Both the position numbers and the translations under genes were made by a program. Positions 13,123-24,153 of a stretch of DNA of 64,000 nt are shown piece by piece. Position 1 is the stretch's first letter, and every line of letters starts with the position of its first letter. This stretch comes from Neophaeotheca triangularis (Eukaryota): the NCBI GenBank assembly GCA_054600435.1, contig BAAIJX010000006.1:248001-312000 (forward strand), given 5' to 3'. Below the pieces are notes generated by a model. That model did not search any database and was not told where the DNA came from. It worked only from the letters and a program-made list of their open reading frames with translations.

Positions 13123-13148
13123 TTCTCTCTCTCTCTCTCTCTCTCTCT
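13123..13148. repeat. (CT)n microsatellite upstream of the AhpC/TSA-like gene
   Basis: Read directly from the sequence. Confidence 0.9.
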
Positions 13149-13253
13149 TCAGCGCTGTCATTCGTTCAGCTCGGCTACCTGCACACTACTGTACTCTAGC
13201 TTTTCCATCCATCGCTTCTTCTCTTATTGGACACTACCGCCATCTCATTTAGA

Positions 13254-14195
13254 ATGACACGCTCACGCTCCGTCAGTCCAGTCGGCGCCTCGCGCTTCGA
13301 ACGACCCTACACACCCCCTAGCCACAACTCTTCCAAGAACACCCCGACCACGCCTGCCTCCTCCACCGCCGGCTTCGGAGGAGGCGCGCACTTCAGCAAA
13401 CCCTCCTACGCCTCGACCTTCGCAACCAGGGTCAACACCGAAGACTTCCCCACGCCTCCAACCTCCATCGACTCCCTCGAGCAACAGGCCTGTCAACTTC
13501 CCGATGAGCCCGACGCCTGGTTCGATGACTTCCGCAGCGATCTGGAAGACGTCGTGGGCGACGAGTGCCCCGACCGCGCAACCCTCGCAGCCGTCCAAGA
13601 CATCCACCTCTACGATGCACAAGGCAACGCGCGGCCCTTTGGCTGGCTATACGACCCGGCGCGCATGGTGCACCAACGCCAACTCCTCATCTTCGTCCGC
13701 CACTTTTACTGCGGCGCCTGCCAGGCCTACCTCAAAGCCCTCAGCGCCAGCATCACAATGCAAGACTACTTCAGCATCCCACTTCCAACCAGCATCATCG
13801 TAATCGGCTGCGGCAAACCCGAGTTGATACCATTTTACAAATCCGTCACGGGCTGCCCCTTCCCCATCTTCGCCGAGCCCTCGCGCGAGCTGTTCAAAAA
13901 ACTAGGCATGACCCTCTCCCTCAACATTGGCAACAAGCGCCCGGAGTACATGAAAGACATCAGTCCCGCTGCCTGGGCTGCTGGCCAAGTGACGCAAATC
14001 AAAGCGAGCCTGAAAGCAGACGAGGAGGATAGCAGGATCCGTCGAAGAGACATTATCAAGGGCGGCCACCCAATGCAGATTGGGGGTGAATTCCTGTTTG
14101 ACGAGGGTCAGGTGGTTTGGTGCCATCGGATGAAGAACTATAGGAATCACGCCGAGGTCTCGGTTGTTAGGAAGCTGTTGGAGCTTGATGAGTAG
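13254..14195 (+). CDS. Thioredoxin-fold AhpC/TSA-like (peroxiredoxin-like 2) protein
   Basis: IFVRHFYCGACQ (CxxC), IIVIGCG, FPIFAEPSRELFKKLGM, QIGGEFLF and HRM...H.EV, after a low-complexity N-terminus. Confidence 0.85.
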   Translation: MTRSRSVSPVGASRFERPYTPPSHNSSKNTPTTPASSTAGFGGGAHFSKPSYASTFATRVNTEDFPTPPTSIDSLEQQACQLPDEPDAWFDDFRSDLEDVVGDECPDRATLAAVQDIHLYDAQGNARPFGWLYDPARMVHQRQLLIFVRHFYCGACQAYLKALSASITMQDYFSIPLPTSIIVIGCGKPELIPFYKSVTGCPFPIFAEPSRELFKKLGMTLSLNIGNKRPEYMKDISPAAWAAGQVTQIKASLKADEEDSRIRRRDIIKGGHPMQIGGEFLFDEGQVVWCHRMKNYRNHAEVSVVRKLLELDE

Positions 14196-15156
14196 GCACG
14201 AGTCGCTCTGAACGAGGAGGCCATGTTGTTGGAAGAATTCTTGGGTGGATGAAGAAGGGGGGTTTTTACATACGACGGCACAGCTGACCACTCATTTCTT
14301 GAGGGTGGGTGGTCTGCCGCGAGGGTCGGCACGGCTGGTTGATTTTGACTGGAAATACTGTACGAGCTGCATAACGCAAGGGCGCCAAAGGTGTACGAGA
14401 TACCCGTGTGGAGGCGCGCATAGGTCCTTTTTTTCCCCCCCATTTGCTTTTTTGCTTTTTGCGCTGGGACTTTGGCTGGGTTAGCTAGCTAGCTACCTTT
14501 TTTTTTTTTTTTTTCACGGCCTTGGGAAAGATAAATGGCAATGTAGAAATTTTCCAACGCAGGCTTTTGTCGTTTCTTCGTTTGACGACGGCTACGTCTG
14601 CTGCAGGCTACTTACTATGCACCACCACGCGCCAAGAGTGGTGTCCCACCTTCATCTCCATCTCGATGCTTCCCCCCTCCCCCCTCTCGCATATCCCTTT
14701 CCCATGAACCCCGGCCCCGGAGCAGGAACAACCACCGCTCTCCAAAACCTCCGTCATCAATAATCCATCGCACGTACGTAGTCCGCTAGCCAAAACCCCC
14801 CTTCAAGTCGCGAAAGACACCCGGCAATTTCGCGCTCGCGTGGCACTAGACTTTCAACACACAACAAGAAGAGAGAAAAAAAAGAAGATCTCCTTTCCCT
14901 CGACGCCGGTTTCCTGCCCCCAGCCCCCGGCTACCGCTCTTCTTCTGCGCGAGCTACCATGCTTGCCACACCGCCGCTCCCATCCCTCGGCCCCCTTTGG
15001 GCTATTGGGAGGATCTAGCGTAGCTTGAGCGGTTTCGTTGGAGATTTGGGGTGGGGGTGCTAGGGCTCGGGCGTGGAGGAAGGGACTTGAGAGCGGTCTC
15101 TTGTCTTGAGAGCGCGGGGGATGGTTGGTGAGGTGTGGTGGGAGGGGGGGTTGGGT

Positions 15157-18100
15157 TTATGGAGTCTTCCTTTTTTTTTTTTTTGGGGGGGGAAAGAGGT
15201 GGTCTAGTTGCTGTTGGGAGGGAATGCTGGGAGCAGGGACAGGGGAGGGGGGGGGGGCTTGCTGTGTCTGGTGATGAGTCCGAGGCTCTTGGGACGGTTT
15301 GTTGGTGTCGAGGTTGCCCGGGGCAGGGGATGTTTGGAAGGTTTCTGGCAGGAGAGGGGTTGGGAGAGGAGTGTGTTTTGTCGGACCGGTGCTTGGAGGG
15401 GTTTCCGCTGTAGAAGTGGTTGGAGAAGTGCCCGTTGGTGGGCATTGTGGGACTCTGCTTCGTTGTCGGGGCGGTCGATTTTGCGTTTCGTGTTTCCGTG
15501 TGATGGCTTCGCCTGGGTCGCTGGGCGCTGGGTCGTTTGTTTTGATTGGATATCGTTGGATGGCTTGGAGCTCTGGGCGCGCGGAAGTCAAGGGCTCAAT
15601 GGGTGCTTGTGGGTACTGCTGGCCGCGGCCGAAGCGGTGGAAGGCGTTAGTTGGACTCGACTCGGTTGGCTCTACGCAGCTCTCGGGCATTTCGACAAAG
15701 TAGAGGACCACCTTACCATTCTTAATCGTCTCCTTGTAAGTTTCCTTGTCCAGCATTTTGCTCGCAGCCGGGTAGTCGCCACTGCCTCGTTTAACAACCC
15801 GGGCCGCGCTGCTACCGGTGCTGGGGTGGTTTTCGATAACGAACAACAGGGAATAGTCGGCGTTCTTGGTACGCTGGATCACGACGATCTCCTTGATGAC
15901 TTTCCAGCCGAGCTCTTGTCTATGCTGCGCAAGGAGCCACACGACACCTTGTGCGTTCGCCGATGCTAGGACAGCAGCCGCGCCGTCGCTGAGGCTAGGG
16001 TAGACCTGGAGAGTCTGCTGCAGCGGGAACGTGATGGCATATTCGTCCTTGACGCCAAGAGCTGCCAAAATCGTGCGCGATGTCTCACGGTTGATGATTG
16101 CTATCGGACGTTAGCACAAGTAGCAGTTGGGTGTTCATCTTCGACTCACTCATCTGCACCACGGCTTTCAATTGCTTCAAACACTTTTCTCCGGTATCTC
16201 CGGACTGTGCGTACGCTTGAGCCTCGCAGTAAGTTTTGTAGGCAAGGAAGGCAACATCGGACCAATGCCGAAAAGGTATCAGGTCGTCTCCTTCGATGGG
16301 TGGGTCAAGTCGGCTTCCTTCATAGGCAGGGCCTCTGAGGTCGAGAGCCAGGATAGCGCCCAAGCAAAAGAGATGCCTGTAGTAGCCGTCGGTGGCTCTG
16401 TACGGCTCTTTACCACCACTGATCTTTGGAAAATCAAAAAAATGTTGCCAAAGGACATGATTGTCCGGAGTCTCGGCGAGTGAAATGTCCAACTGGGTCA
16501 GCAGTTCCTGTAGTGGCTTGTTCAGCACGTTCGACAGACTGGTGGATGGAGAACCCGGCTTTCTCTCCCACCCGTACTGCTTGAAGGCTTCAGACGACGT
16601 CCATTGGGGCTCGGTGACCGGGTGGGAGCTCGTGAGCTTGTCAGCCAATGCTTTGCCTTTTTGGACCAGATTCTCAAAGTCTGTGGTGCCGGTCCTTTTC
16701 TCGGGCTGTCTCACACTATCACTTCGTTGAGGTCCCTGACCGGCCACAAGATCGTCTTCAGACGCCACGCCTTGGTGGCTGCCCCGTGCTTCGGAAGGGT
16801 GATCCGCGAGAATGAAGACGAGGCTGTATGAAACGTTCTTGACCGCCTTCACCACAACGATTTCTTTCACGACCTTCCACCCAAGCTCTTGCTTATGTTC
16901 CGCAAGTAACCACGCAACGCCTCGACCATTGGCGCCTCCGAGAATTGCCGCAGCCCCGTCGCTGATGCGAGGGAACGCTTCAAAGATGTGTGTCGATGTC
17001 GATCCAAAGTCTTGCTTCGAGTTCGTGAGTGCCGTTCTGATAGCCTTGTCCGTCACTGTGTTGACCACGTCTATAACTGCAGTCAGTAATGCACTGGATA
17101 ATGTCTTCGGCGCAGCTTCAGCTCACTGTGCATAATCACGTATTGCAGGCTTCTCAGGCATTTCTCAACTTCTGAATGCTGTTCGAGCTTTCCTTTTGCT
17201 CTGGCCTGACGCTTGCAGTACTGCTTGTAGGATAGAAATGTGATGTCTGACCACTGCCTGAAAGGTATGAGGCCCGCTTGTTTGATTGGCGGTTGAGCCC
17301 TTTTTGCTTCATAACCAGGGCTCCTTAAGTCCATGCCAAAGATTATTCCGATGCAAAAGCAGTTTCTAAAGTAGCCACGGGTAGCGCGGTATACCTCTCT
17401 TCCATCTTCGTCCTGCTTGACATCCTTGGTGTGGCTCCAATCGGCCCAGTTGTTCGTCGTCTTTACGAGCGGAGCGGCCTTTTCCTTCAACAAATCGCTC
17501 AGTTCCTTCGAGATGTAACCGGCAATGTCGAAGGTATCCAAGCTGACCGCCCAGCCGAACTTATCAAAAGCAGCGGTAGTCCAAGTGGCTTGAGTGACGC
17601 AGTCGATAGGGCTTTCGAGTTGCACGGCCAGCGCTTTGCCCTTGTCGACCAACTTCTGGTATGTGGCTGCAGCACCTTTGGTTGGCGTAGAATTCTGAGA
17701 ACCCCCTGAGGAGCTGTCACCGTGAACACCACCTCGTCCGCTCACTTGGCGCTTCTCGGCCATGTACGCATTTTCCTGCACTCCAGCGTCCTGACTACCG
17801 GCAGTATCCTCGTCGAGGCGTAGTCTCTTGTTGGCATCGGTTGCAGCATCTTCATTTGGCCTCTTGCTACTGCCTGCTTCACTTTGCGTGGATCCCGATC
17901 CAGTGGTGGTTTCTTCTGAGGCTGAGTGAGGCTTCAGAACAAAACCAACGTAGTAGCTTTCTTGGTACTTCCCAACGCCCGGCGCAACAAGAACTTCCTT
18001 GACCAATTTCCGCCCGAGCTTCGCTTGATAAGTCGTCAAGAGCTCCAGAGGTTCTGGGAAGCTAGTACCGATGATAGCATCGGCAGGTTCGCTAGGAGGG

Positions 18101-18791
18101 ATCCGGGCTATCTGCCCTTGGGCTATGGGTGCCTCATTGTTACTGCGGCTCAAGGCTGTTTGGATTACTTTGCTCGATACAACATTCGAAGGATACACTT
18201 TGGCGTTATTAGCATACCGCTTGTACTCTATCCACCAGCGTGCATCGGATACGCACCTATCATAACGATCATGTGCAACGACTCCGAGCTGTACTTCCAC
18301 TCACGGCACAGTTCCGCGAATTGAAGGAAAGCGATGTCTCTCCAGCGATGAACAGGATAGCGTATCCTGCCTTCTGGTGGTTGTGTCCGCACGAATATGA
18401 TGACGCCCCGGCCAAACACATTCACGTGCCTCCAGCCTGGCCTATCGGAATTCGTGAGCATGTGCTGCCACTCGATCCGCAGATTATCTCGCGTTTCTTT
18501 TGAGATTGCTTCCTCAGCATACAAATCTCCCATTGGCTGCCCAAACTCCTGGATGATGTCTAGAGCGTCCTTTTTATCCTGAGTCCACTTCCACGTGCCC
18601 AACAAATGGAAATCGAACTCTTCTGGTGGTGAAATTGGAGGCCCTGGCCTTTGGAGGTTATTGATCAGTCGTTTGCCGCTGTCCACAGCATTATCGTACA
18701 CGTTTGCCGCCTGAACCTGATGACAGCAAAGTACGACAAGAAACCCCATGACAGTGGTCAACGCTCGGCAAAGCATTTTCGTGGACGGCAA
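15157..18791 (-). CDS. Large secreted protein with tandem ~300-aa repeats of an uncharacterised fungal domain (introns 18198-18256, 17071-17126, 16101-16149; ~1156 aa; 3' end degenerate)
   Basis: Signal-like N-terminus (..GFLVVLCCHQVQA). Three canonical phase-1 introns join four ORFs in frame. Repeated motifs include KGK.L, P(F/V)..W.D..FL and LG.K.(V/I)KE. Confidence 0.8.
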
Positions 18792-19458
18792 AGTGCTTTT
18801 GGAGCCTCGCTATCCAATTGGAGAGGTTTACACTGGATCGGTGCTCGAAAGTTGTCCGGTAAAGATTGTTGAAGTCGGTACTCCAAGGGGAAGGTTAAGC
18901 TTGTGGTACAGACCGCCAGCGGCTATCCGAGATCCAAGCGCAGCGTTAGGGAGCAACGTGGCAAGTGTGTTGTGCTTGTGACACTCTTTGAAATTACCTC
19001 AGCCCGGGTAGCTTTCGACCGTATCGCAAAATTGCCGGTGGCAATGGGGATCTTGTCCAAGATAGGTCAATGATGGTTGAGCATTCCAGTCCTGATATTG
19101 GTCATAGATCGGTCAGACAAATCCGCAGGTAGTGGAGTATGCTGTCAAAACATAGACCGCTTGTGGTAAGATGAAGATGGGGGGCAGATAGTTGTGCAGG
19201 AGGAAATTTCGTTGCTAGTTGATATAGCACGGGCTAGGTATTCCGGATTCACATATCGGTACCACACTTGTCGTAATCCGTTTCGAAGGGCCGCAAAAGG
19301 ACACGCAGTGGAGCCATAGCGCTCATACGGCTCGTGATAGTTGGCCGGAAGTCATGAAATCACAAAAGGCTCATGTGCCAGTTGCACAACATCTACGTTG
19401 AGATGCAAATAAACGAAGCCCGTATTGAACGGGTCTTCCTGTCGTTACGGCGTATATA

Positions 19459-20169
19459 TCACAAATTTTGAGTGGTCGCTTTCTCGGCCTTCTTTATTGT
19501 CTTCCTAAGCTTGCGGATCTCTCCTTCAATCTCGCGCATGCCTCTTGCTGCGTTCACAGCATTGGCAACAGGCGTCTCGAAAGCAGCAGAAAAGGAACCT
19601 TGAGCTGAACGTAATGCCGGCGGCACCAGAATACCAAACATACGTATAGGATCCGGGCACGCTGATTTGTTTTCATCTGAGCTTGGCTGAGCCTTGCCGT
19701 CCTCGGGTACTGGGGTATCAGGTGGCGTGGGCTCCTGCTTTTCGCCATCATCGTCCGAACCCTTTGAGGCGGATCCAGTCTCTGTAGTAGCTGGTGTAGC
19801 TGCGCTGTTTGTGATTTCGAGCTCATAAGAGTTGTCGGTGTCCGTGACCACGGCTAGTCTTGAAGCTTTCATCCGCTCATCGTACGAATCTTGGCCGTAT
19901 CTTCTCCCGTTCTGCGCCTTGAACTTCGCCTGCGTGAGGCTGAAAAAGCCCTAGATAATGGTCAGTACGGAACGGGTCGGTGCATGTTGTTTGCTACTCA
20001 CGGCTGCACACTGCTTTTGGAGTTCCCCCTGAGCGGTGTGGTATTGATCGAGTGTTGCCAGGTATCTCTGCCAGAGGGCGTCCAAGCAATCGTGCAAATC
20101 TTCCTGCGAAGTCGGTTTGCTCTGGACATTCCCGGCCTCCTCGATACTTTCGATCCGATTTGGAGCCAT
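19459..20169 (-). CDS. VMA22: V-ATPase assembly factor Vma22/CCDC115 (intron 19951-20001)
   Basis: LD.L..RYL..LDQY, GFFSLTQA, RYGQDSYDERMKA and DPIRMFGILVPPALRSAQ. Confidence 0.88.
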
Positions 20170-20840
20170 TGTACCGTTCAGTACCTACTACAAGGTGTGT
20201 AGGGGAAAGGAAACCTCGGAAGGGATGCGGTTATTGGTCCGCCTCCGAAAGAGGCCAAGTTTGGGCGCTTGGACCAACAATTCGACTGCACCTCCTCCTC
20301 TGCCAGTTTCCATCCCCTGCCAGCCTCGTCTCTCTACATATCACATTGACAGTGACACTACTTTGCAGAGCCGCTCTAGTACTGAACTCAGCAATCGTGC
20401 TGAAAATTCACCGCCAAGCCATTCACAAGACCACCACCGAAAGCCTTCTCAAGAGCCGTACTCCTACCTCCCCCTGCCTTCTTAGCCTTCCGAGACCAAC
20501 ATGGGCTCAGGTCGTAGCAGAGACTACCTAATGCACCCTAGGTATGCTCATCACCAGGAAGGACCACGAGAGCCCAACTTCACCGAAGACCCAATGATCA
20601 CCCTTGCAGAAAATGGGTAGAGACTGTGATTTGTTATGGGTAAGTATTAACAACCTGTTAATTGCTCGAGATCTAGATGCTCTGTTCTGCCTCTTCATGT
20701 GCACATCTCAGTTTGAAAGTCCGATTCCTTCTGCCTCGGTCAATTCGCTGCCAAATTACGCTACGCACCGTTGACAGCACACCCTCTCTTGCGGCTGCTT
20801 TAGCGAACCGGACATTATGCCACCCGCCATCCTATATCCC

Positions 20841-21743
20841 TCACACAAGACCGGTGCTCGTCTCCTCTTGTTCAGCGGTGCCGCCCCATGCGACCTGAGC
20901 TTTTGCGGTGCGATCAACAGGAAACACGTATTTTGTACCCCGTCCCTGCAACGCCGCCATCCTTTCCATCACCTTACCACTCTCCTCCAGCTCCAGCACA
21001 GCCATTCTCACCAGAGCCTGTAAGGTATACGCCGCGTCGTTTCCCCCATTGTGCAGATTGATCGCCTTGATGTCCATCGCAGTGAGCAGCTTGGTCAACG
21101 CGTATCGATGGACTCCTCCCGGGCAGAACCTTTGCGTATCCACTGTGGCAACCTTGTTGGTCATGGAAGCCACGTTGAAGCCCACCTTGCGGAGATACCC
21201 TTCGTCGTTGCTAATATCATGTCCGACGATGATAACATTGCGAGCTGGTTGCTGGCTTGAATCTGGGACCGAGAAGTCGGCGGCAGTGGATATGGCGGCT
21301 GGGTCGTGGAAGATGCGTTGCAGAATCTTGGGAGCGTCGACGAGGTGAATCCAGGTGCTCATCCCAAATCCGAAGTTTTCTTCGTACGCTAGAATTTTGG
21401 TGTTCACGTAGGAGCCGTGCTCAACTGGGCGGTAGTGGGCGTGCTTCATCGACCTAGTGAGAGTGTCAAAGGTATTCGTTGGGTCGAAAGTGGCGTGGAA
21501 TTCGTTTTGAAACTTCAGCATACAGTCTCTGCTGTCCAGCACGGCGATGCCGATCTCAGTGACCTTATCTTGGTCCCATTGGTAGGCTTCGCAATCGATG
21601 CAGACGAAGACTGGGTCCTGGGGAAGCTCGTTGACCTTGCGAGTCAAGCCCAGGATTTGCGCAATGTAGGAGAGGTCAAGGGATTCGAAGCTCGATGTGG
21701 GCGGCCTGCTGGAGAAGATGGCACTTTCCAAGACGTCTGACAT
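20841..21743 (-). CDS. DEDDh exonuclease, Gfd2/YDR514C/QIP-like
   Basis: FVCIDCEA..VTEIGIAVLD, IVGHD..ND, VDTQ and LHNGGNDAAYTLQAL. The likely start is MSDVLES at 21743. Confidence 0.8.
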   Translation of the reverse strand: MSDVLESAIFSSRPPTSSFESLDLSYIAQILGLTRKVNELPQDPVFVCIDCEAYQWDQDKVTEIGIAVLDSRDCMLKFQNEFHATFDPTNTFDTLTRSMKHAHYRPVEHGSYVNTKILAYEENFGFGMSTWIHLVDAPKILQRIFHDPAAISTAADFSVPDSSQQPARNVIIVGHDISNDEGYLRKVGFNVASMTNKVATVDTQRFCPGGVHRYALTKLLTAMDIKAINLHNGGNDAAYTLQALVRMAVLELEESGKVMERMAALQGRGTKYVFPVDRTAKAQVAWGGTAEQEETSTGLV

Positions 21744-22091
21744 AGTTTCGGTCTTGCATGGAGCAATTTGATGCGCGCTACTGACAGTAAATTCGGTTGG
21801 GCAGTACGACCCAACAAAGCAAGCTGAGAAGAGCACGTTCCGAGACTTAGTCTGCTGAATGCGTTCTGATCTACCGTTGGATGTTCACCGATGAGAATCT
21901 AACACTTCTAGATCGATGTGTGTTGCGCAAGCATCACCTCGAAGCAACTGCCAACATTCAGAAGATGCGAGACTATAGTCTCATTCCTCAAGCACCGTCT
22001 CAGTTCGCAGCATTTTTCCGGAAAGGACTTGATGTTGCACAAGCAAACTCGCTTCGGAGGCGATCTACGTTGAACCAACAAATATGACTCT

Positions 22092-22953
22092 CTACTCGTA
22101 ATCCACAATATATGCTCTTGTACCCACAACGCCTCCAGCTCTACGGCTGAAATCATGCCGAATATCAACAAAGATATATCATTCAGCTTACGGCCTGGAC
22201 ATTGCCAACATCGACCCGACTCTCTTAATCAATTTGCGTCCGGCGCCGAGAATGCCACCAGTCCCACTACTGCTGGTGTTTGTGCTAGATCCGCAGACGG
22301 AGCTGGAGGTTGAATCGACTTCGTTATCATCCGTCTCGCAGGCCGTTGCGGAGCCCGATGTGCAGCCGGTGAGAAGAGCTAAAACAAGATCAGCGCGATT
22401 CTCAGAACTATTAATTGCAAGGCAAGCTGACTTACTGCATGTAGATGTGGAAGAAGAGCTCGTGTTATTGGAAGAAGATTCAGAGGCCGCGCCGCATGAG
22501 AGCAATCCGCACTCGACTTCAGTACCGTCGGCAACGCGAACGACCAAGTCCTTGAGTCCAGTAGTAGTGTCCTTGACGATCGAAATTATTTTGCCAGCGG
22601 CGTCCTTGATAATGGTATATCCCAGTCTTCTGGAGGAGCTCCTCGAGGAAGACCCGGAGCAGTCTGTGCCAGAGCAGCTCGCAGCCGAGCTAGCTTTGCA
22701 TCCTCCTAGGAAAGCTACAAGTCCGGATCAGCTTGATTCCGCAGAAGCAAATGGGTGACTTACTGCACTGAACGGCCGCCGAGCTTGAAGGGTTCTCGTC
22801 TTTACGGGAGACAAGGGCTTCCTTGAGTTCTAGCTCTCTCGTGACCAAGTGTCGTGGACGAAGGCTTCCACCGTTGAGGCTGGTGGATGCATAGAGGGGC
22901 GAGCCAGCAGTCAGAGTGGCAAGGCAAGCGACGACCAAAGAAGAGAAATGCAT
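22092..22953 (-). CDS. Secreted Ser/Cys-rich hypothetical protein (introns 22715-22763 and 22379-22435; possible third intron ~22147-22191, otherwise stop at 22188)
   Basis: Signal peptide MHFSSLVVACLATLTAG and GTAAGT...GCTGAT...TAG introns. Motifs CTFLGGC, CGLLSC and CTLLTGC sit in Ser-rich linkers. Confidence 0.7.
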
Positions 22954-24153
22954 GTTTGCGGTTGGATTGATAGAATGAAGGACTGAAAGAAGAGGCAATG
23001 AGAATGAAGTGTTTCAAGAGATCGTTTCTGTGGTGGGGATGAACGCCATAGACCGGGAGAAGTTCTAGCTAATGTACCCATTCGAAGGTGACACCACCGT
23101 CATGCTTACCCCGAGGGCCATACCCGACATCGACCGATATCATAACGAATTCCATATCAAGACGGCTTTTTTTTTTGATGCCAAGCGCTTTGGAGTGCCG
23201 ACCCTGATGCACCTAGAGAACCTCGGTGCACCTAAAGTAGGTGACATGTCACTTGTAGAGGGCATCCCGGCAGAGCCGCAAAAGTGTGAAGCCCAAGTCT
23301 ACCACACAAAAGGCATCTGCACGTACTGGTTGGTCGATCACCACGGCAGCATCAAACGTGACTTTCCAGATTGCAGTGGTCGCCACATCTAGGACAGCTG
23401 CGTGCAACAGAGTTCTTATGGGGACGTGGGGGACTTACCTCCGGAAGTAGGTCTTTGATGGAAGTGTGCTGTCGGATGAACGGGACACGAACTTGAACTG
23501 ATGATGTGGCGACGTCTTCGGCTGGCTATTGATGTAGATGGCGATACGTTCCTACACAGCGATACGCCACGGATGGCTTGGGTGAACGGGTAAGTTAAGG
23601 GCACCTGCACTTCGAAGCGCCTGACCGGAGTGAAGTCGTGCTGGGACGCCCATGAGCGTTGCTGCAACGATGAAAACAAGCGACGAAGAAGTGCAAAGAT
23701 GTCGTCGGTGTCGTCATGCTTTTAGGGTTTGCTATAAGCTTCCGGAAGGCGCTGGCTTTATTTAACCTTCGTGGACAGAGTTTGGCTCCTCGGCTTCGGG
23801 TGTGCGAGGCAGTGGAGTCGCTAACTTGTGAGCTTATGGCGGTCGATTTGGACGTTGCCGAAAGAGGTCGATGTGGGTAGGAAGCGGCGGCGACATGCAG
23901 AAGAAAGATAAAGAAATGTTCGTAGTCGTCGAAATCCACTTCTCCGTATTTCACCCAACATCAGGAGACCTACCGCGCTTGTTGGTCATGAACAGCTATC
24001 GCCGTCGGTCTCTCCCGGCCCTGCCCTAAGGCCATACGATATGAATATACTCGAAAGTCGGTAGATAATGGCAAGGTCACGAAACTCCAAGGCCGTCAGG
24101 TCATGAATGCCTTTCATGAAAAGATCGAATCGTCCAGAGAGAGAAAGAGGAAC

